A DNA stretch of 59,259 nucleotides from the NCBI GenBank assembly GCA_000989515.1, contig LBOM01000001.1, positions 1 to 59,259 on the forward strand, written 5' to 3'. Position numbers and translations under genes: made by a program. Below, piece by piece: positions 35,358 to 43,895 of the stretch (within the stretch, counting starts at the first letter, position 1; each line of letters starts with the position of its first letter). Source of the stretch: Candidatus Nomurabacteria bacterium GW2011_GWE1_32_28. Its GTDB lineage: Bacteria; Patescibacteriota; Minisyncoccia; Phycocordibacterales; UBA9973. Below the pieces are notes generated by a model. The model did no database searches. It was not told the DNA's origin and saw nothing but the letters and a program-made list of their open reading frames with translations.

Positions 35358-37115
35358 TTATAGTTGATATTCGGAAAATATTTTCCAAACATTATCTGTT
35401 TTAGTATACCATAAATATGAATTTAAAAATCTATCACTAGGTGTGATGATATGATTTTTAGAAAATCCTTCAAGATCCTTCGATACTATATATATAAAGT
35501 TAGGACTATAAATGAATACTGCTGGTATATCTTTTTTAATTTCATCTTCAAATTGAGCATACTTTTTAACTCTTGATTGTTCATTTATTGTAATAAATGC
35601 ATCTTCTAGTATCTTGTCTACTCTTGCGTTTGTATACATTGCTACATTAAGTCCTGGATCTTTTCTTTGTGAAGAGTGCCAAAATGCAAATAGATCAGAT
35701 TCATGATTAATAATTTGTCCAAATAGTAAGGCATCATATCTGCGTGGACGAATTACTGATTGATTTAAGTTTCCAATTTCAAAAGTTTTTATAGTAATTT
35801 TCATTCCAATTTTTTCCAAATTTTCTTTTATCAATTCTGCAGATTTTGAAAGTTCTGGTGCATTGCCTGTTGATATGGAAAATTCTAAATCTATTGTCTT
35901 TTTTTTATTTTTTTCAATTATTGTTTTGTGTAAGAATCCATTATCATCCTTTTTCCAACCATCTTTATTTAAAATATCTTCTGCTTTTTTTATTTTCTCT
36001 TGATACGTAGTAGTATCCTCATTGCTCAATGTTTGATAATCAATCATATTTGGTGGTATAGGATCATTTATAACAACACCATATTCTAAGAGAACATCTT
36101 TAACGATATTATCTTTATTGATTACAAGATCGATTGCTTTTATTATATTTTTATCAGTAAAAATTTGATTTTGGTTTTGGTTAAAAAATAATCCAAATAT
36201 TCTTGGAAGTGTTAAAGATTCTATACGATAACCTTTTTCTTCTAATATTTTTGCATTTGCTGGTGTAATAGAACTTATTTGATCGACTTCTCCTTTTATG
36301 AGAGCAGATATTTGATCCTCTTCATTGGGATAGAAATGCAAAGTCATGTTTTTTATATATGGTTCATTTAAATTGAATTCTTTAAAAGATACTAGATCAT
36401 AATAATCTATTATCCCTGTTGATTGTTTACTTACTTTACTTACTTTATATGGTCCTGATCCAATTGGTTGAGTATTTGCTTCGTTTAATTCTAGAGGAGA
36501 GGCATCCCATAAATGTGATGGCATTATTCCAAGTGTTGTATTTTCTAAAAAAGATGCATATGGTTGTTTTAATGTAAATTTGATAGTTTTTTCATCTATT
36601 TTTTCAACACTTACACCTTCCCAACTTCCTTTTTTGGGGCTTTTTATGATTGGGTCTTTTATTTTATTAATAGTAAAAATAATATCATCACTAGAGATAG
36701 ATTTTTCATCATGAAAATATAGATTATCTTTTAATGTAAATGTATATATTAAATTGTCTTCTGATACTTCATATTTTAGAGCTAAGTCTGGGACAAGACT
36801 ACCATCAGGACTTTTTCTCATTAAGCCAGAGTAAATCAAAGATACTAGATCTTGGTCAGCGATAGAACTTGCAAGTATTGGATTTATAAAACGTGGAGTA
36901 CCGACTATTCCTTCAGAGATAGATCCTCCTTTCATTGCGACACTTACCATAAAAGATTTATTTAAATTTTCGAGTATCATTAACGTACTTATAATAAAAA
37001 CAACTACAAGACTTAAAAAAACAAAATACTCTCTTTTTGAAAAATGAGATATAGCTTTTTTGATTTCATTTTTAGGAGGTAATAAATTAAGTATAAAATT
37101 ATAAAAATTTTTCAT
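35358..37115 (-). CDS. ABC-transporter substrate-binding protein, family 5 (peptide/nickel type), membrane-anchored
   Basis: Size, N-terminal TM, and GSGPYKV and FHDE.. family-5 blocks. No permease genes are adjacent. Confidence 0.8.
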   Translation of the reverse strand: MKNFYNFILNLLPPKNEIKKAISHFSKREYFVFLSLVVVFIISTLMILENLNKSFMVSVAMKGGSISEGIVGTPRFINPILASSIADQDLVSLIYSGLMRKSPDGSLVPDLALKYEVSEDNLIYTFTLKDNLYFHDEKSISSDDIIFTINKIKDPIIKSPKKGSWEGVSVEKIDEKTIKFTLKQPYASFLENTTLGIMPSHLWDASPLELNEANTQPIGSGPYKVSKVSKQSTGIIDYYDLVSFKEFNLNEPYIKNMTLHFYPNEEDQISALIKGEVDQISSITPANAKILEEKGYRIESLTLPRIFGLFFNQNQNQIFTDKNIIKAIDLVINKDNIVKDVLLEYGVVINDPIPPNMIDYQTLSNEDTTTYQEKIKKAEDILNKDGWKKDDNGFLHKTIIEKNKKKTIDLEFSISTGNAPELSKSAELIKENLEKIGMKITIKTFEIGNLNQSVIRPRRYDALLFGQIINHESDLFAFWHSSQRKDPGLNVAMYTNARVDKILEDAFITINEQSRVKKYAQFEDEIKKDIPAVFIYSPNFIYIVSKDLEGFSKNHIITPSDRFLNSYLWYTKTDNVWKIFSEYQL

Positions 37116-37162
37116 AAGACAGAAAATTTAAAATTATTTTTTTAGAATTAAATCTAGAAGAA

Positions 37163-37402
37163 TTATGCTGCTTTTATCATTATCGCTAGTAGCGCAGATA
37201 GAGTAAATAGAACCCCACAAATAATAGATAAGATAAATAGAAAATATTCAAAACCTCTTCGAGTATGATGAAATGCATCACCATCACTTCCTCCTAATGC
37301 ACCACCAAGACCTGCTGCTGATTGTTGCAGTAGGATTGCTGTAACTAATATTACAGAAAGTATGATTTGCGCATAAGGCAATATTGTAGTCACTAATTCC
37401 AT
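37163..37402 (-). CDS. secG: preprotein translocase subunit SecG
   Basis: Two TMs with the central LLQQSAAGLGGALGGS motif. Confidence 0.8.
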   Translation of the reverse strand: MELVTTILPYAQIILSVILVTAILLQQSAAGLGGALGGSDGDAFHHTRRGFEYFLFILSIICGVLFTLSALLAIMIKAA

Positions 37403-37532
37403 AGAGGCTAGTATCGCATAATTTAGTCAAAAATGCAATCTTCAAGAATGATATATTAGGTGATTTTAATATCAAGGTATATAATTAGAGGAGTTTTAAA
37501 AATATTATTAATTTAAAAAACGAAAAGATTTT

Positions 37533-38735
37533 ATGGATAAAAATAATGATCTTGTGAGATATATAAGTAATGAACAAGCGAAGGGAACATCGGTTGAGGT
37601 AATTAAAAATTCTTTACTCAGTATTGGATGGAAAGAAGAGCAGTTTTCTTCATACTTTTTAGAACAACCAATCATTAGAGAATCCACCCAAACACAATCG
37701 ATACAAGAAACACCCATTAAATCAAAACACCACTTAGGTAAAAAGATATTATTTATTGTATTGATTTTATTTTTATTAATTTGTGGAGCTTCTATTTATT
37801 ATTTTAGAAATGATTTAAAGAAAGATCTGATTAATTTACCGATTATTAAAGATATTTTTTTCATAAATGATTTTAATCAACAATCAAATATTGAGATGCC
37901 ATACGTTAACGGTTCTTTTAAGATTCTTAGTCCTATTGCAGGAGAAACTTATATTGCCGGGCAAACTATAACAATTAATTGGACTCCAGGCACTCCAGGT
38001 TTAACTTATATTAATTTCTATAAGAGTGATAATTCTTATTCTACTATGGCTAAACCTCAAAATAATCCAGATACATCAGGTTCTATGCAATATACTTTTC
38101 CAGTTGACATACCTCTTGGTCAGTATAAAATTTATGCGTTTTATACAAATACTTTAAATGGCGTTGACGAGACTATAAGTTTATTTGATAGTGGAGAAGG
38201 AAGATTTAATATTATTACTGATTTAACAACAAAAGTTGCACCAGTTGTTCAAAATGATACTGTTCAACCAGTTTTAAATAAAACAAGTTTTACAGATTGT
38301 GGGGAAGCAAATTATGATATAAAAGCCAATAATTTAGAAAATAATCTAAATTCTATGAGCATAAAATCTGTGAATGCTTTTAAGTGTTTTTCTTCAATTA
38401 TAGAATTTTGTGAAAATGGTACTTTCTCTATGTTAGAAAAAGATAAAGATTCTGTTTCTGTTTCTTCAAAAGGTGATTTATGTTATTTGAATTTTAAGAT
38501 GGCTGGAGATAAAAAAACCTACGATTGTTCTTATCCTAAAATTCTTCCAAGTGTATTCTTTAAAGCTATATATAGTGATCCTGAGAATATTTCTTCAGAG
38601 GAAGAAAAAAAAATTAGTAAAGGAGTTAGTTTTGAAATGGCTTTACTCTTTGGAATAGCAATGAATACACCTAAAGATGGCATATGGACTATAGATAATT
38701 TTTACGGTAGCAAGGTCACTTGTAAAGAAATTTAA
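37533..38735 (+). CDS. bitopic membrane protein with extracytoplasmic beta-rich domain (hypothetical)
   Basis: Cytoplasmic N-terminal domain, one TM, and IAGQTITINWTPG-type Ig-like segment. Confidence 0.5.
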   Translation: MDKNNDLVRYISNEQAKGTSVEVIKNSLLSIGWKEEQFSSYFLEQPIIRESTQTQSIQETPIKSKHHLGKKILFIVLILFLLICGASIYYFRNDLKKDLINLPIIKDIFFINDFNQQSNIEMPYVNGSFKILSPIAGETYIAGQTITINWTPGTPGLTYINFYKSDNSYSTMAKPQNNPDTSGSMQYTFPVDIPLGQYKIYAFYTNTLNGVDETISLFDSGEGRFNIITDLTTKVAPVVQNDTVQPVLNKTSFTDCGEANYDIKANNLENNLNSMSIKSVNAFKCFSSIIEFCENGTFSMLEKDKDSVSVSSKGDLCYLNFKMAGDKKTYDCSYPKILPSVFFKAIYSDPENISSEEEKKISKGVSFEMALLFGIAMNTPKDGIWTIDNFYGSKVTCKEI

Positions 38736-38754
38736 GTAGTATTATAATAAAAAA

Positions 38755-39750
38755 ATGAAAAAAGAAACTACAATGTTGGGTTTATTTCAAACATTATTCC
38801 ATAATTTTAATGCTCGTGCCTTTAAGGATGCGACTTTGGCTTTCAAGAAACATTTAGATGATGGGGGAAAGATGCTTGTAGCTATGGGGGGGGCTATGTC
38901 GTCTGCTCAGATCGGTATAACGCTTGCACCCATGATAAAAGAGGGAAAAATACATGCAATATCATGTACTGGTGCAAACTTAGAAGAATCTGTCTTTAGA
39001 CTTGTTGCTCATAATAGTTATAAAGATTATCCTGATTATAGATATTTTACTAAAGAAGATGATGAAAAGATTTTAAATAAAGGAGAGCGAAGAGTTACGG
39101 ATACATCTATTCCAGAGGAGGAAGCTTTTAGAGTAGTAGAACCAATAATTTTAAAAAGATGGAAAGAAGCGGAAAAAAACGGTGAGCGTTTTTTTCCGCA
39201 CGAATATTTTTATCAGATTTTATTGTCAGATGAATTAAAAGATAAATATGAAGGTAATCCTGAGCACTGTTGGCTTCTTGAAGCTGCAAAGAAGAATCTA
39301 CCTATTGTTGTTCCTGGTTGGGAAGATTCTACATTAGGAAATATTTTTGCTGGTTATTGTAAAGCAGGAGAGGTGAGCCCTACTGTCATGAAGACTGGTG
39401 TGGAATATATGATGTATCTTTATGATAAATACACAGAGCTTTCGGAAGGAGGTCCTGGTCTTGGATTTTATCAAATAGGTGGAGGTATCTCTGGAGATTT
39501 CCCTATATGTGTAGTGCCTTCTATTAAATATGATTTGAAAAAAGAAGTAAGACCTTGGGGATATTTCTGTCAGATTTCAGACTCTACTACTTCTTATGGT
39601 TCATATTCAGGAGCTACCCCAAATGAAAAAATAACTTGGGATAAACTTACAAAGCATACTCCTATGTTTGTTATTGAATCAGATGCGACTATCGTCGTGC
39701 CTTTGATGTTTGAAGCTATTTTAGATAGATATGTTTTAAGTGGAAAATAG
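38755..39750 (+). CDS. deoxyhypusine synthase-like protein
   Basis: GGAMSSAQIG, ISCTGANLEES, YQIGGGISGDFP, DSTTSYGSYSGATPNEKITWDK. Confidence 0.7.
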   Translation: MKKETTMLGLFQTLFHNFNARAFKDATLAFKKHLDDGGKMLVAMGGAMSSAQIGITLAPMIKEGKIHAISCTGANLEESVFRLVAHNSYKDYPDYRYFTKEDDEKILNKGERRVTDTSIPEEEAFRVVEPIILKRWKEAEKNGERFFPHEYFYQILLSDELKDKYEGNPEHCWLLEAAKKNLPIVVPGWEDSTLGNIFAGYCKAGEVSPTVMKTGVEYMMYLYDKYTELSEGGPGLGFYQIGGGISGDFPICVVPSIKYDLKKEVRPWGYFCQISDSTTSYGSYSGATPNEKITWDKLTKHTPMFVIESDATIVVPLMFEAILDRYVLSGK

Positions 39751-39766
39751 TATATAATTATAAAAT

Positions 39767-40099
39767 ATGGAGAAAAAAGGTAAAAAGATAAAAACCAATC
39801 TCTCAAAAAGTATTGTTTATTCTTCGTCAGAAATGAAGCGGTATTTAGGTGCACTTTCTGAAACACACAATGAACATCTTAAAGGTATCAAAGAAGGGTT
39901 TATTGTTGTAAATAGAAAAATAGATAATGTTACAAAAACCCTAAATTCACATACTGAAATGATAGGTGTTTTAATGGAAGATACTGCAATTCTTAAAGAA
40001 GATATGCAAATTGTTAAAAAAGAATTAAAGAAAAAAGTTGACTATGATGAATTTTTATCTTTAGTTAGAAGAGTTCAAAAGATAGAGTCAAAAATCTAA
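39767..40099 (+). CDS. coiled-coil hypothetical protein
   Basis: 110-aa ORF. Its 3' end overlaps an out-of-frame PG-binding-domain remnant. Confidence 0.45.
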   Translation: MEKKGKKIKTNLSKSIVYSSSEMKRYLGALSETHNEHLKGIKEGFIVVNRKIDNVTKTLNSHTEMIGVLMEDTAILKEDMQIVKKELKKKVDYDEFLSLVRRVQKIESKI

Positions 40100-40236
40100 A
40101 AATCTTTATTTCATATTACTTTGGTTCTGCTACCTTAGATGCTTTTAAGAAATTTCAAGAAAGTCAGAAATTAGAAGCAGATGGAATATTTGGACTTAAT
40201 TCTCGTAAGGCCTTGAAAGTTGTTGCACAACAATAA
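40069..40236 (+). pseudogene. startless C-terminal fragment of a peptidoglycan-binding (PG_binding_1-like) domain
   Basis: This frame reads ..YYFGSATLDAFKKFQESQKLEADGIFGLNSRKALKVVAQQ* with no start codon. It is open only from 40069 and overlaps the end of 39767..40099 in another frame. Confidence 0.5.
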
Positions 40237-40276
40237 AACCTGACTTTTTGACTTATAATTAAATATTCTGAGTTAT

Positions 40277-40308
40277 CAAAAACATCCTTCTAAATAAAGG
40301 GTGTTTTT
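40277..40308 (+). terminator. hairpin plus T-tract
   Basis: aaaaacatcc-ttctaaataaa-gggtgttttt. Confidence 0.45.
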
Positions 40309-40322
40309 AATTTAATTTCTAC

Positions 40323-40351
40323 TTGACACTAGACGTTGCTTCATATATACT
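40323..40351 (+). promoter_or_regulatory. near-consensus sigma-70 promoter of the 16S rRNA unit
   Basis: TTGACA, 17 nt, TATACT. Confidence 0.55.
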
Positions 40352-40539
40352 CTTCCTTAGACGTCTATCTTTTTAGATATGGCGTTTTTATTTAAGTATT
40401 CTTTGATAACTGAATAAATTGAGAACCCTCCCTAATATAGATCGGGGAGGAGCAAGTCTCACAATAAATTTTTATTGAATGTTTATTTTTAAGAGTAATA
40501 ATTTTCGAGCTAGGATTGAATACAAAAATCAAAAACATT

Positions 40540-40564
40540 GCTGTTTTTTGTTTTGTTTCGTTCT
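40540..40564 (+). other. 5' strand of the rRNA processing stem
   Basis: gctgttttttgttttgtttcgttct is complementary (two mismatches) to 42390..42414. Confidence 0.7.
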
Positions 40565-40590
40565 AAACTCCGACTTCGGTCGGAGAAACT

Positions 40591-42183
<1,593 letters not shown>

Positions 42184-42389
42184 TGAAAATCGTCCTAATT
42201 CTTCTTTGGAGAATTACAGATCCCACCAAAAGTGGGATCTAGATCAAGGTTTGATCGGACTTATTGAGTCGGTATTGTGTCGCTCAATTGACGACACAAT
42301 GCTTGATCATGACAAGCTAAAAAAATGAAGTTTAAGATAACTTAAAAATCTAAGACAATTTGGAAAGACAAATAAATAAAAAAGTTTAA

Positions 42390-42414
42390 AGAACGAAACA
42401 AAACATAGAACAGC
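42390..42414 (+). other. 3' strand of the rRNA processing stem
   Basis: agaacgaaacaaaacatagaacagc pairs with 40540..40564. Confidence 0.7.
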
Positions 42415-42421
42415 AAATTTT

Positions 42422-42451
42422 AAAAACACCTCGCGCAAGCGGGGTGTTTTT
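42422..42451 (+). terminator. intrinsic terminator closing the 16S transcription unit
   Basis: aaaaacacctcgc-gcaa-gcggggtgttttt. Confidence 0.8.
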
Positions 42452-42465
42452 GGTATAATTTTTAT

Positions 42466-43386
42466 ATGATAGAAAAGAAAGAAAGAAACAAAATACGAGT
42501 TGGAGTATTGAGAGGTGGCATAAGTAAAGATTATAGATCTTCTTTACTCAAGGGTGGAGATATTATTTCTAATATTTTTGAAAATTTATCTGAAAAATAT
42601 AAGGTAGTTGATATTTTGGTTGATAAAGATGACGTTTGGCATCTAAATGGATTGCCAATAAAGCCTAGTGACTTAATGTATAAAATAGATGTTGTTTGGA
42701 ATACATCACATTCAAATTATTCTAAGATTCTTAAAGATTTATCTATTCCAAATATTGGAGTTGGTCATTTCTTAAAAATTCTCGAAAGTAAAGAAATCTT
42801 AGAAAATCACGTAAAAAATATTGAAGTTAAAATTCCTAGATCTATAGTTTTTTCCACGTATCAAAAAGATTTTGATGGACCAATAGAAAAATATGCTATT
42901 AAAAAAGCAAAAGAAGTTATGAATAAATTTCCTGCACCTTGGATAGTAAAATCTTTTACATTGGATTCTAATACGAGCATACATTTGGCTAAAACTTTTG
43001 GGGAATTAGTAGATGTTGTAAAAGATGGAGTTGCTCACGATAAAAGTATTTTAGTAGAAGAATTTATTTTAGGTAAAGTTTCTTCTGTTCATTCTATTTC
43101 TGGTTTTCGTGGTGAAGATATATATGTTCTTCCTCCTATTAATTTTTCAGTTAGTGAAAAAGATAAAATAATTTCTTTAGCTAAAAATTTACATATTCAT
43201 TTAGGAGTGAAATATTACTTAAAATCTGATTTTATTTTACATCCTAAGTTGGGATTTTTCTTAACAAACATTGATTTTTCTCCTGATTTTAGAGTCGATT
43301 CTCATCTTAAACAATCTTGTGATTATGTTGGTGCTGAAATGCATCATATCTTGGATTATTTTTTAGAAAAAGCTTTAAAAATTTAA
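42466..43386 (+). CDS. ddl: D-alanine--D-alanine ligase family ATP-grasp enzyme
   Basis: IRVGVLRGGISKDYRSSLLKG N-terminus and ATP-grasp core (WIVKS, ILVEEFI). Lies near the mur genes. Confidence 0.75.
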   Translation: MIEKKERNKIRVGVLRGGISKDYRSSLLKGGDIISNIFENLSEKYKVVDILVDKDDVWHLNGLPIKPSDLMYKIDVVWNTSHSNYSKILKDLSIPNIGVGHFLKILESKEILENHVKNIEVKIPRSIVFSTYQKDFDGPIEKYAIKKAKEVMNKFPAPWIVKSFTLDSNTSIHLAKTFGELVDVVKDGVAHDKSILVEEFILGKVSSVHSISGFRGEDIYVLPPINFSVSEKDKIISLAKNLHIHLGVKYYLKSDFILHPKLGFFLTNIDFSPDFRVDSHLKQSCDYVGAEMHHILDYFLEKALKI

Positions 43387-43434
43387 TATTTTTTTAAAAT
43401 TAATTTAATTTATATTTTGTGATATAATTTATTT

Positions 43435-43530
43435 ATAAAATTGTTTTTATCTGTAGCGGGTGATCGCACTCACATAGGCACATATGTTGGAGTTTCGCCA
43501 TCACCCGCTATAAATGAAAACAATTTTTTA
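43435..43530 (+). ncRNA. candidate ~95-nt long-hairpin RNA (or long ddl terminator)
   Basis: An extended -10 tgatataat (43420-43428) lies about 7 nt upstream. 28-bp arms aaaattgtttttatctgtagcgggtgat / atcacccgctataaatgaaaacaatttt, a 35-nt loop, then tttttt. Confidence 0.3.
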
Positions 43531-43752
43531 TTTTCTAAAATTATTTTTTTATTTTTTTAAAAAAATAAGAAAGTTATCCACAGTTTTATTAAAAAAGTAT
43601 TGTATTCTTTTTTAATATGCGAGATAATTAAACTGTTCAGCAATAATTATTTAAAAATATTTTTTATTTTATTTTTTATTTGAAAAATATTTTTAAGGTC
43701 GTATTATTGTAGACTAAATTAAAAAAATAATTTCGCGCAAGCGACTAAAAAA

Positions 43753-43824
43753 ATGGCAGCAAAAAAGAAAGCAAAGAAAGTAGTAAAGAAAGTAGCAAAA
43801 AAGACAACAAAAAAGAGAGCATAA
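43753..43824 (+). CDS. Lys-rich micro-ORF (23 aa: MAAKKKAKKVVKKVAKKTTKKRA)
   Basis: Found by eye. Followed by a canonical terminator and then secA. Confidence 0.3.
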   Translation: MAAKKKAKKVVKKVAKKTTKKRA

Positions 43825-43840
43825 TCTTTTTCCTACTTCT

Positions 43841-43872
43841 AAAAAACTTCCGACGAAAGTCGGAAGTTTTTT
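43841..43872 (+). terminator. canonical intrinsic terminator
   Basis: aaaaaacttccgac-gaaa-gtcggaagtttttt. Confidence 0.8.
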
Positions 43873-43895
43873 AGTTTTATGGTAATATATTAATT

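Noticed and set aside
43387-43752. Long AT-rich spacer with a perfect DnaA box as a candidate oriC
   Set aside because: It has only one perfect box, and no dnaA or dnaN is nearby. I could not compute GC skew by hand, and I saw no clear box cluster or DnaA-trio arrangement. It is kept only as part of the low-interest DnaA-box note.
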